Both the position numbers and the translations under genes were made by a program. From Ranitomeya imitator (Eukaryota), in the NCBI RefSeq assembly GCF_032444005.1, contig NC_091286.1, forward strand, positions 468,782,001-468,846,000: DNA of 64,000 nt. The letters are read 5' to 3'. Below, in pieces: positions 49,998-61,934 of this stretch. The notes beneath the pieces are model-generated. The model was given only the letters and a program-made list of their open reading frames with translations, searched no databases and was not told where the DNA came from. Numbering within the stretch: the stretch's first letter is position 1; the number at the start of each line of letters is the position of its first letter.

Positions 49998-51280
49998 CCC
50001 CTTCATGACCATGGGATTTTTCATTTTTCCGTATTCGTTTTTCACTCCCCTCTTTCCCAGAGCCATAACTTTTTAATTTTTCCATCAATTTGGCCATGTG
50101 AGGGCTTATTTCTTGCGGGATGAGTTGTACTTTTGAACAACATCATTGGTTTTAGCATGTCGTGTACTAGAAAACAGGAAAAAAATTCCAAGTGCGGTGA
50201 AATTGCAAAAAAAGTGCAATCCCACACTTGTTTTTTGTTTGGCTTTTTTGCTAGGTTCACTAAATGCTAAAACTGACCTGCCATTATGATTCTCCAGGTC
50301 AGTATGAGTTCATAGACACCTAACATGACTAGGTTATTTTTTACCTAAGTGGTGAAAAAAAATTCCAAACTTTGCTAAAAAAAAAAAAAAAAAAATTGTG
50401 CCATTTTCCGATACTCGTATCGTCTCCATTTTTCGTGATCTGAGGTCGTTTGAGGGCTTATTTTTTGCGTGCCGAGATGACGTTTTTAATGATAGCATTT
50501 CGGTGCAGATACGTTCTTTTGATCGCCCGTTATTGCATTTTAATGCAATGTCACGGCGACCAAAAAAACGTAATTCTGGTGTTTCAAATTTTTTTCCCGC
50601 TACGCTGTTTAGCGATCAGGTTAATGCTTTTTTTTAATTGATAGATCGGGCGATTCTGAGCGTGGCGATACCAAATATGTGTAGATTTGATATTTTTTTT
50701 ATTGATTTATTTTGATTGGGGCGAAATGGGGGTGATTTAAACTTTTATATTTTTTTTATTTTTTTAACATTTTTTTCAACTTTTTTTTTTTACTTTTGCC
50801 ATGCTTCAATAGCCTCCATGGGAGGCTAGAAGTAGGCACAACGCGATCGGCTCTGCTACATAGCAGCGATCTGCTGATCGCTGCTATGTAGCAGAAATGC
50901 AGGTGTGCTGTGAGCGCCGACCACAGGGTGGCGCTCACAGCCACCGGCAATCAGTGACCATAGAGGTCTCTAGGACCCCTATGGTTACCATCCAGACGCA
51001 TCGCCGACCCCGATCATGTGACGGGGGTCGGCGATGACGTCATTTCCGGACGCCCGGCCGGAAGCGGTAGTTAAATGCCGCTGTCTGTGTTTGACAACGG
51101 CATTTAACTAGTTAATAGGTGCGGGCAGATCGCGATTCTGCCCGCTCCTATTATAGGCACATGTCAGCTGTTCAAAACAGCTGACATGTCCCGGCTTTGG
51201 TGCGGGCTCACCGCGGAGCCCTGCATCAAAGCAGGGGATCTGACCTTGGACGTACTATCCCGTCCAAGGTCAGATAGGGG
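49998..51280. mobile_element. Non-autonomous piggyBac-like element (~1.3 kb), opposite orientation to 2924-5718
   Basis: Left CCCCTTCATGACC equals the reverse complement of the 5718 end; right end GATAGGGG|TTAA; left TSD degraded (AATT). Confidence 0.7.
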
Positions 51281-51403
51281 TTAACCTACTAAGGAAAAAA
51301 TAAATAACTGCAGATGAAGATAATGTGAAAAATCCTGCATGATTTTATACGTAAAGATATATGACGCAGTCATCAGTGCTACTCCCCTTAAGAAAAGGGG
51401 GAG

Positions 51404-51550
51404 TACATACTACATACATACTACATACATACATATATGCATACATACTACATACATACAACATACATACTACATACATACTACATACATGCTACATACT
51501 ACATACATACGTGCATAGTACATACATACTACATACATGCATACAACATA
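51404..51550. repeat. (TACA/TAC)n simple-repeat array left of the Tc1
   Basis: TACATACATACTACATAC repeats; reverse complement of the array at 53155-53746. Confidence 0.9.
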
Positions 51551-53154
51551 CAGTACAGACCAAAAGTTTGGACACACCTTATCATTTAAAGATTTTTCTG
51601 TATTTTTATGACTATGAAAATTGTAAATTCACACTGAAGGCATCAAAACTATGAATTAACACATGTGGAAATATATACTTAACAAAAAAGTGTGAAACAA
51701 ATGAAAATATGTCTTATATTCTAGGTTCTTCAAAGTAGCCACCTTTTGCTTTGATGACTGCTTTGCCCACTCTTGGCATTCTCTTGATGAGCTTCAAGAG
51801 GTAGTCACCGGGAATGGTCTTCCAACAATCTTGAAGGAGTTCCTAGAGATGCTTAGCACTTGTTGGCCTTTTGCTTTCACTCTGCGGTCCAGCTCACCCC
51901 AAGCCATCTCGATTGGGTTCAGGTCTGGCGTAGCACCCCATCACTCTCCTTCTTGGTCAAATAGCCCTTACACAGCCTGGAGGTGTGTTTGGGGTCATTG
52001 TCCTGTTGAAAAATAAATGATGGTCCAACTATACGCAAACCGGATGGAATAGCATGCCACTGCAAGATGCTGTGGTAGCCATGCTGGTTCAGTATGCCTT
52101 CAATTTTGAATAAATCCCCAAAAGTGTCACCAGCAAAGCACCCCCACACTATCACATTTCCTCCTCCATGCTTCACGTGGGAACCAGGCATGTAGAGTCC
52201 ATCCATTCACCTTTTCTGTGTTGCACAAAGACATGGTGTTTGGAACCAAAGATCTCAAATTTGGACTTATCAGACCAAAGCACAGATTTCCACTGGTCTA
52301 ATGTCCATTCCTTGTGTTCTTTAGCCCAAACAAGTCTCTTCTGCTTGTTCCCTGTCCTTAGCAGTGGTTTCCTAGCAGCTATTTTACCATGAAGGCCTGC
52401 TGCACAAAGCCTCCTCTTAACTATTTGTTGTAGAGATGTGTCTGCTGCTAAAACTCTGTGTGGCATTGACCTGGTCTCTAATCTGAGCTGCTGTTAACCT
52501 GCGATTTCTGAGGCTGGTGACTCGGATAAACTTATCCTCAGAAGCAGAGGTGACTCTTGGTCTTACTTTCCTGGGGTGGTCCTCATATAAGCCAGTTTCT
52601 TTGTAGCGCTTGATGATTTTTGCAACTGCACTTGGGGACACTTTCAAAGTTTTCCCAATTTTTCGGACTGACTGACCTTCATTTCTTAAAGTAATGATGC
52701 CCACTAGTTTTTCTTTACTTAGCTGCTTTTTTCTTGCCATAATACAAATTCTAACAGTCTATTCAGTAGGTCTATCAGCTGTGTATCCACCAGACTTCTG
52801 CTCAACACAACTGATGGTCCCAACCCCATTTATAAGGCAAAAAATCTCACTTATTAAACCTGACAGGGCACACCTGTGAAGTGAAAACCATTTCCGGTGA
52901 CTACGTCTTGAAGCTCATCAAGAGAATACCAAGAGTGTGCAAAGCAGTCATCAATGCAAAACGTGGCTTCTTTGAAGAACCTAGAATATAAGACATATTT
53001 TCAGTTGTTTCACACTTTTTTGTTAAGTATATAATTCCACATGTGTTAATTCATAGTTTTGATGCCTTCAGTGTGAATTTACAATTTTCATAGTTATGAA
53101 AATACAGAACAATATTTAAATGAGAAGGTGTGTCCAAACTTTTGGTCTGTACTG
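51551..53154 (-). mobile_element. Tc1-like transposon with ~190-bp TIRs and a broken transposase
   Basis: TA|CAGTACAGACCAAAAGTTTGGACAC at both ends; fragments 52417-52740, 52173-52466 and 51919-52206 (WSDKSK, QQDNDPKH); C-terminal part deleted. Confidence 0.93.
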
Positions 53155-53746
53155 TATATATGTATGTATGTAGTTTGTATGTAGTATGTATGTATGTATG
53201 CATGTATGTAGTATGTATGTAGGTAGCATATATGTAGTATGTATGTATGTAGTATGTAAGTAGTATGTATGTTGAATGTATGTTGTATGTAGTATGTAGT
53301 ATGTATGTTGTATGTAGTATGTAGTATGTATGTTGTATGTATGTGGTATGTTGTATGTATGTTGTATGTATGTATGTAGTATGTAGTATATATGTTGTAG
53401 GTATGTATGTAGTATGTATGCAGTATGTTGTATGTATGATGTATGTATGTAGGTATGTATGTAGTACATAGTATGTTGTATGTATGCTGCATGTATGTGG
53501 TATGTTGTATGTATGTTGTATGCATGTATGTAGTATGTATGTAGTATGTTGTATGCATGTAGTATGTATGTAGTATGTTGTATGTATGTTGTATGTATGT
53601 TGCATGTATGTAGTATGTATGTAGCATGTATTTAGTATGTTGTATGTATGTATGTAGTATGTATGTAGTATGTTGTATTTATGTATGTAGTACATATGTT
53701 ATATGTATGTAGTATGTTGTATGTAGTATGTATGTAGTATGTATGT
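53155..53746. repeat. (TGTA/GTA)n simple-repeat array
   Basis: GTATGTAGTATGTATG repeats; source of the YIHTTY ORFs. Confidence 0.95.
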
Positions 53747-53749
53747 TTG

Positions 53750-54289
53750 TGGTTTTTTTTACATTCAACACATTAGCTACTGGACTACTACTGTCCCATC
53801 ATTGGCTAATGTGCCAATCACTGCCATTGTAGCAGGCATAGCCCGATGGGACTTGTAGTCCCATCAGACGATGCCTGCACACAAACACAAAGACCCCCAA
53901 GAGGCCCGTACAGACCCCGGCAGGCTGCACAGACCCCCGGCAGGCCGCACAGACCCCCGAGAGGCCCATACAGACCACCAGCAGGCCGCACAAACCCCCG
54001 GCATGCCGCACAGACCCCCGAGAGGCCCGTACAGACCCCCAGCAGTCCCGCACAGATCCCTCACGGTCCCACACAGACAGTCTCCACCGACGCACCGCCC
54101 ACACTCTTCCCCCCTCCAGAACTGGTTGTGCAAGGAAAGAAAGGGTTTATTTTCATTCCGATATGTATGTCCCATTTACTTGCATTGGTTTCTGGTATCG
54201 GTATCGGCAATATCCGATATTTTTTGGATATCGGCTGATCCAATCCGATCCCCATATTTCCCGATATCGGAAGGTATCGCTCAACACTA
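53750..54289. mobile_element. Right part of a hAT-type element with a 20-21-bp GC-rich minisatellite; left end not found
   Basis: Ends GGAAGGTATCGCTCAACACTA like the 6183-6828 family; about 9 copies of GCACAGACCCCCGGCAGGCC at 53885-54070. Confidence 0.7.
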
Positions 54290-55499
54290 GTTATAAGTAT
54301 ACTTCATAATAAATAAGGATAAAAATATTTATGTTTATAATAAGAAAAAACATTGGTGGTTTGGTGGTGTGTTACTTTGTGCCTCACTTTGCTTCACCTG
54401 TCACACAGTTGAGAGTCTTAGTTGGAAAGGGAACTTTCTGTTGCTCCCTGGAAGGTAGCCATTAATGATCAATCCGGTCACCTCGCTGCACAGTTCGAAA
54501 TGGACATGAGGTATAGAAGAATAGCAAATATCCAATGTGCATGCTCAACCAATCATGAAGGAACTAAAGTACGTGACCATGAGCAATAAGGTCAGGAAAA
54601 TCCTTTTGTCATGCAGATTTTCAGGGGTAAGCATTAAGCACTTTTGGAAACTGCTTACATTTGACATTTATTCTATTTATAATTTTATAATGGCTTGACC
54701 ATCTTTAGGGACATTTTTTACTTAAATAGTAAAAATCTTTTTTGCAATTTCATTAAAATGTTTGCACAATTTGCATTCTAGCGCCTCTGTGTTGAACATC
54801 TATTTTTGAGTGTAGAAAGTTTGTATCTTTAATCTGTTTTTTTATGAATCTATGCTTCTCCCAGATGATTTATGACCACAGAAATCATCAAATTTGAATG
54901 TGCAGCTAATAAAAGAGCATGTAAGAGCTAAATGTGTAACATTTTCAATGAATCCTAATTACAAAAAATATTTTAGCCCCAAATACATGTATTTAAGTGA
55001 AAACAAATATCCTTAAAAGTGGACAACCTCTTTAAGCTAAAAACGTATTATTGATTTTTATCTGAATAACCCTTCAAGTAACGGGGATAAAGAATATTTT
55101 GTTTTGTTCTGCACTAGATTAGTCTTCTCCAAGCAATTGCTTGCCAATTCATATCCTCAAAGTTTTCTCATTTTACTTGGCCTCCATTACCATCACTTGG
55201 TTTCAGTTGATCTCCATTCTATTAGATTTCCATTGATTTTGGGAGACAAAATAGCATACTGTAGTTTACAACGTTATTCTACCTATTAAATAAAACCTTA
55301 AAACGATCGTATTAAGCCCTTAATGGCATATTACATTCATTTTAGTCTGAGACTTCTCATACCAGGCAGATGCTCCGATTGTAGTAGCTTAGTCAAGGAA
55401 ATATTCTGTCAGTCTCTAACAATGACATTTAAGAGAAAATAACAAAACATTTTTTTATAAAAAATAAACACATTAAGTACAATTGGCATATAAAAATGT

Positions 55500-57835
55500 A
55501 AAATTATTGCATAAATATGGCCTTCAGAAGAAAAACTGTCCTCCATCCTCACCATAAAATTCAGCATCAGAAATACAAAAGAACATCTAAACTAGTGTGA
55601 TGCATTTTGGAAAGAGTCCTGTGGACAATGAGGTTAAAATAAAACTATTTGGCCACAATGATCAAAGGTATGTGTGGGAAAAAAAGGGAACACAATTCCA
55701 GGAAAAGAACATCTCGCCAACCATTAAGCATGAGGGTGGATCAACCATGCTTTGAGGTTTTGTTGCAGCCAATGGCACAAGCAACATTTCACGTGTAGAG
55801 GGGAAAAATGGATTCAATAAAATTCCAACTAGTTATAAATAAATATTTCTGCAAACATAGCACCATCTGTAAAAAACTGAAGTTCAAAAGAGGATGGCTT
55901 CTATCAATGGATAATAATCCTAAACAAAAGTCAAAATACACAAAAGACTAGAAAAGGCACAAGCTAAAGCTTTTACTAGCTGTGATACTTTCAAAAAGGG
56001 GTGCTACTAGGTACTAACCATGCAGAGTGCCCAAACTTTTCTTTTGTTCTTTTTATAAATTTTAAAATGTAAAATATGAAAAAAATATATATATACAGTG
56101 GGGCAAAAAAGTATTTAGTCAGTCAGCAATAGTGCAAGTTCCACCACTTAAAAAGATGAGAGGCGTCTGTAATTTACATCATAGTTAGACCTCAACTATG
56201 GGAGACAAACTGAGAAAAAAAAATCCAGAAAATCACATTGTCTGTTTTTTTAACATTTTATTTGCATATTATGGTGGAAAATAAGTATTTGGTCAGAAAC
56301 AAAATTTCATCTCAATACTTTGTAATATATCCTTTGTTGGCAATGACAGAGGTCAAACGTTTTCTGTAAGTCTTCACAAGGTTGCCACACACTGTTGTTG
56401 GTATGTTGGCCCATTCCTCCATGCAGATCTCCTCTAGAGCAGTGATGTTTTTGGCTTTTCGCTTGGCAACACGGACTTTCAACTCCCTCCAAAGGTTTTC
56501 TATAGGGTTGAGATCTGGAGACTGGCTAGGCCACTCCAGGACCTTGAAATGCTTCTTACGAAGCCACTCCTTCGTTGCCCTGGCGGTGTGCTTTGGATCA
56601 TTGTCATGTTGAAAGACCCAGCCTCGTTTCATCTTCAATGCCCTTGCTGATGGAAGGAGGTTTGCACTCAAAATCTCACGATACATGGCCCCATTCATTC
56701 TTTCATGTACCCGGATCAGTCGTCCTGGCCCCTTTGCAGAGAAACAGCCCCAAAGCATGATGTTTCCACCACCATGCTTTACAGTAGGTATGGTGTTTGA
56801 TGGATGCAACTCAGTATTCTTTTTCCTCCAAACACGACAAGTTGTGTTTCTACCAAACAGTTCCAGTTTGGTTTCATCAGACCATAGGACATTCTCCCAA
56901 AACTCCTCTGGATCATCCAAATGCTCTCTAGGCAAACTTCAGACGGGCCCGGACATGTACTGGCTTAAGCAGTGGGACACGTCTGGCACTGCAGGATCTG
57001 AGTCCATGGTGGCGTAGTGTGTTACTTATGGTAGGCCTTGTTACATTGGTCCCAGCTCTCTGCAGTACATTCACTAGGTCCCCCTGCGTGGTTCTGGGTT
57101 TTTTCTCACCGTTCTTGTGATCATTCTGACCCCACGGGGTGGGATTTTGCGTGGAGCCCCAGATCGAGGGAGATTATCAGTGGTCTTGTATGTCTTCCAT
57201 TTTCTAATTATTGCTCCCACTGTTGATTTCTTCACTCCAAGCTGGTTGGCTATTGCAGATTCAGTCTTCCCAGCCTGGTGCAGGGCTACAATTTTGTTTC
57301 TGGTGTCCTTTGACAGCTCTTTGGTCTTCACCATAGTGGAGTTTTGAGTCAGACTGTTTGAGGGTGTGCAGAGGTGTCTTTTTTTACTGATAACAAGTTT
57401 AAACAGGTGCCATTACTACAGGTAATGAGTGGAGGAAAGAGGAGACTCTTAAAGAAGAAGTTACAGGTCTGTGAGAGCCTGAAATCTTGATTGTTTGTTT
57501 CTGACCAAATACTTATTTTCCACCATAATATGCAAATAAAATGTTAAAAAAACAGACAATGTGATTTTCTGGATTTTTTTTCTCAGTTTGTCTCCCATAG
57601 TTGAGGTCTACCTATGATGTAAATTACAGACGCCTCTCATCTTTTTAAGTGGTGGAACTTGCACTATTGCTGACTGACTAAATACTTTTTTGCCCCACTG
57701 TATTTAGCGTTAATTGCAAATTAATTGTGTTATTTTTAACTTTAGACATTTTAGATATAATTTCATCTTCATCTTGCTTAACTTCACAATAACAATAATT
57801 TAGACCAGGGGTGCCCAAACATTTACATGCCACTG
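55500..57835 (+). mobile_element. Old Tc1-like remnant whose right end is interrupted by a younger Tc1
   Basis: Decayed catalytic region 55500-55990; right end GGGGTGCCCAAACATTTACATGCCACTG|TA resumes after 57702; same family as 61935-63458. Confidence 0.75.
56096..57700 (-). mobile_element. Complete Tc1-like transposon with ~210-bp TIRs, DD34E transposase frameshifted
   Basis: TA TSDs; TIR CAGTGGGGCAAAAAAGTATTTAGTC; ORFs 57074-57334 ([10 protein letters not shown]) and 56312-56935 (WSDETK, HDNDPKH to PIE spacing 34). Confidence 0.95.
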
Positions 57836-58265
57836 TATACACCAGTCTGTGCCTACATTGTGTATACACCAGTCTGTGCCTCCTACATTAATACACCAGT
57901 CTTTTGCCTTCTATGTATATACACCAGTCTGTGTCTCCTACATATATACACTAGTCTGTGCCTCCTATTTGTATATGGCTGTCTGTGCCTCCTATGTGTA
58001 TACATCAGTCTGTGCCTCCTATGTGTATATGCCAGTCTGTGTCTCCTATGTATATACACTAGTCTGTGCCTCCTATTTGTAAATGCCTGTCTGTGCATTC
58101 AATGTGTATGCAACAGTCTGTGCCTCCTCTTTGTATACACCAGTCTGTGCCTCATACGTGTATACATAAGTCTGTGCCTCCTACGTGGGCACACTGGTCT
58201 GTGCCTTCTACGCATATACACCAGTCTTTGCCTCCTATGTGTATATACACTAGTCTGTGTACACC
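57836..58265 (+). repeat. 27-bp minisatellite, about 16 copies
   Basis: Unit TATACACCAGTCTGTGCCTCCTATGTG; 9-aa periodic ORFs. Confidence 0.9.
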
Positions 58266-58269
58266 AATC

Positions 58270-58880
58270 TACATACTGGGTGTGATCCTCAGTATCTGTA
58301 TTGTTCTGTGTATATACACTGCTTATTACCGATTCTCCTGTCCTGTACACTGGTTTTATTCTCAGTACCTGTATTATATTGTGTATACACACTGCACAGT
58401 TCTCCTTCTCCTGTCCTGTATACTGGGTGTGATCCTAAGTATCTGTATTATTCTGATATTCTGTGTATATACACTGCACAGTAATCCTTTTCCTGTCCTA
58501 TATACTGGGTGTAATTCTCAGTATCTGTATTATTCCATACATATACACTGCACAGTACCACTTCTTCTGTCCTGTTGTTGGAGAGACGGCATTTCACTTC
58601 AGGATTGTACGCATTGTATACTACAATATAGTCCAGGAATTAGTATTATCCTGTGCTATATACTGGGTGTGATACTCTGTATATATATTATTCTGTATAT
58701 ATACACTGCACATTACCTCTTCTCCTGTCCTGTTGTTGAATAGACGGAATTTTATTGGGGATTGCCAGTATTGTATACTATAATATAGTAATTGTACTAA
58801 TATTATCCTGTCCTATATACTGGGTATGATCCTCAGTATCTGTATTATTATGTATTATGTATATATACAGTGCACAGTAC
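58270..58880 (+). repeat. ~75-82-bp minisatellite with ~157-bp higher-order units
   Basis: TATACTGGGTGTGATCCTCAGTATCTGTATT recurs at about 58272, 58346, 58419, 58501, 58658 and 58816. Confidence 0.8.
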
Positions 58881-59866
58881 CACTTTTCCTTTTATCATTT
58901 CTGGATAGGTGATAACTTTCTGGCTGCTGTGACCCAAATGACCCCGAGAACCAGAGCTTTGAGGAGCACCATGTAAATGGAGCTGTGGTTGATCATACGC
59001 GGTGCTGTGCCATTCATATGTCTCTTCAAATAACTCCTACATGAGAGTGGTGAGGGACATGACAAAGAGAAGCAAAATTCACTCGGGGCTGGTGGCTATT
59101 TTGGTATCTGGGCTGGTGGGGTTTGTGCACCAAAGCTGTTTTTTTTGTTCCAGTTCTGCCCTGAAAGTCATTATATAATCAGAACTATCTCTGGGCACAA
59201 GGCGAATGAGCTATATTTTCATATTCAGAACTGCACAAATCTAAGAAATGCTATGAAAGATGACATTTTACACTCAGCAGGCAAAATCTTCTTAACTTGA
59301 AGCTCAGCACTACACATTAAACCAATAATATATTTTCTTTTTAAATCCAAGTGAAGCCATATAACAGGTTTCCATTTTTAGCTTGCAAAACAGATAGTCA
59401 AATGAGAACCAGCAGGGATGTGGTAAATAGAGCAATATGAAATATGTTCTAGCTAACTATTCCGTGGTTCCAGCATGATTTCCAAGTGGAGCTTTCCAAA
59501 CACTTGCAGCCGCAACTAAGGACAGCATGATCATTTAGAATGGGAACTGTGTGTGCTGGTAATTTATTCTACATATATGCGATATGTATTCATTACTGAA
59601 AAATGTTAGCAATACTATTTGGAAGTTGTATACAATGCAAAAGTATAGGCATTTTCCAATGTTTCTTGTTTATTCTGTAGAAACTTCAAGTAGTTTTATA
59701 TATTTTTTGTACTCTTTGCATTATTTTTATCAAAGAAAAATCAGTTTTGTAAGGATGTTTCTTGTCTCCATAATAAAATATACTACCCCGCTGTTGGACA
59801 AATTATATCAGTTTATGCTAAGTCATTATACAGATAGCTTCTACCTAACCCCTTCCTAACCTACTA

Positions 59867-61364
59867 ACTACTGGAACAGCATGTCCATCTTGAACTGTCC
59901 TCCCACATCTCCTCCTGCTCCCTCTTTGACCAGTTACAATCTGGCTTCCGAACACATCACTAAACTGAAACTGCCCTAACTAAAGTGACCAATGACCTAC
60001 TAACCGCCAAGAGCAAGCGACACTACTCTGTCCTCCTCCTCCTGGACCTGTCTTCTGCCTTCGACACTGTGGACCACTCCCTCCTGTTACAGATTCTCTC
60101 ATCTCTTGGCATCACAGACTTGGCCCTCTCCTGGATCTCATCATATCTAACAGACCGGACATTCAGTGTTTCCCTCTCCCACACCACCTCCTCATTTCGC
60201 CCTCTGTCTGTCGGTGTTCCCCAAGGCTCAGTTCTAGGACCCTACTCTTCTCCATCTACACCTTCGGCCTGGGAGAGCTCATAGAATCCCATGGTTTACA
60301 ATATCATCTCTACGCTGATGACACGCAGATCTACCTATCTGGACCCAACCTCACTTCCTTACTGACCAAAATCCCACAATGTCTGTCTGCTATTTCATCC
60401 TTCTTTTCTGCTTGTTTTCTAAAACTGAACATGGACAAAACAGAATTCATCATCTTTCCCCCACCTCACTCTACCCCTCCACCTGACCTATCCATCAATG
60501 TCAATGGCTGCTCACTTTCCCCGGTCCCGCACGCTCGGTGCCTCGGGGTGATCCTTGACTCTACCCTCTCTTTCAAGCTACATATCCAAGCCCTTGCCAA
60601 ATCCAACTCAAAAACATTTCCCGGACCCGTGCATTCCTTGACCATGAAACCACAAAAACACTAGTACATGCCCTTATCATCTCCCGCCTCGACTACTGCA
60701 ACCTCCTAATCTCCCCGCTAGCATTCTGGCACCATTCCAATCCATCCTAAACTCTGCTTCCCAACTAATCCACCTGTCTCCCTGTTACTCCCCAGCCTCT
60801 CCTCTCTTCCAGGCCCTTCATTGGCTTCCTATTGCCCAGAGGCTACAGTTCAAAACACTAACAATGACATACAAAGCCATTCACAATCTGACTCCTCCAT
60901 ACATCTGTGACATGGTCTCCCGTTACCTACCTACACACAACCTTCGATCATCTCATGATCTTCTTCTCTACTCTCCTCTCATCTCTTCCTCCCACAACCG
61001 CATCCAAGACTTCTCCCATGCTTCCCCTATACTCTGGAACTCTCTACCCCAACACATCAGGCTCTCACCTACCACGGAAACCTTCAAAAGGAACCTGAAG
61101 ACCCACCTCTTCCGACAAGCCTACAACCTGCAGTGATCCCCAGTGTACTGAACTGCTACATGACCAGCTCTACCCTCACCTAGTGTATCCTCACCCATCC
61201 CCTGTAGACTGTGAGCCCTCGCAGGCAAGGTCCTCTTTCCTCCTGTACTTGTGTGTGCCTTGTTTTACTCATGTTTATTGTACTTGTCTATATTTGCCCT
61301 GTTCACATGTAAAGCGCCATGGAATAAATGGCGCTATAAAAATGAACAATAATAATAATAATAA
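59867..61364 (+). mobile_element. 5'-truncated, decayed L2 (subfamily B)
   Basis: Homologous to 20025-21540; RT motifs [21 protein letters not shown] with stops and frameshifts; (TAA)n tail. Confidence 0.92.
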
Positions 61365-61400
61365 CCTTGGGTGCATCTAATACATCATGGTTGGTAAGTA

Positions 61401-61865
61401 CAGGGTGGGCCATTTATATGGATACACCTAAATAAAATGTGAATGGTTGGTGATATCAACTTTCTGTTTGTGGCACATTAGTATATGAGAAGGGAAAACT
61501 TTTCAAGATGGGTGGTGACCATGATGGCCATTTTGAAGTCAGCAATTTTGGAATAAACATTATTTTTTGCAAAGAGGGTCATGTGACACATCAAACTTAT
61601 TGAGAATTTCACAAGAAAAACAATGGTGTGCTTGGTTTTAACGTAACTTTATTCTTTCATGCGTTATTTACAAGTTTATGACCACTTATAAAATGTGTTC
61701 AAAGTGCTGCCCATTGTGTCGAATTGTCAATGCAACCCTCTTCTCCCACTCTTGACACACTGATAGCAACACCGCAGAAGAAATGCTAGCACAGGCTTCC
61801 AGTATCCATTGTTTCAGATGATGCACATCTTGTATCTTCACAGCATAGACAATTGCCTTCTGGTT
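61401..61865 (-). mobile_element. Right-end fragment of a mariner/Tc3-like element
   Basis: TA|CAGGGTGGGCC terminus; C-terminal peptide AIVYAVKIQDVHHLKQWILEAC...NGQHFEHIL. Confidence 0.75.
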
Positions 61866-61934
61866 GATGATTTTTTTGTTTAATTTGTTTTTTATCCTAG
61901 ATAATTTTTTTATTACATATTTGTTTGTTGCTAA

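Noticed and set aside
53051-53695. Long Tyr/His/Thr-rich ORFs (also 57827-58743 Cys/Val-rich ORFs)
   Set aside because: Products of simple repeats and minisatellites that lack stop codons in those frames.
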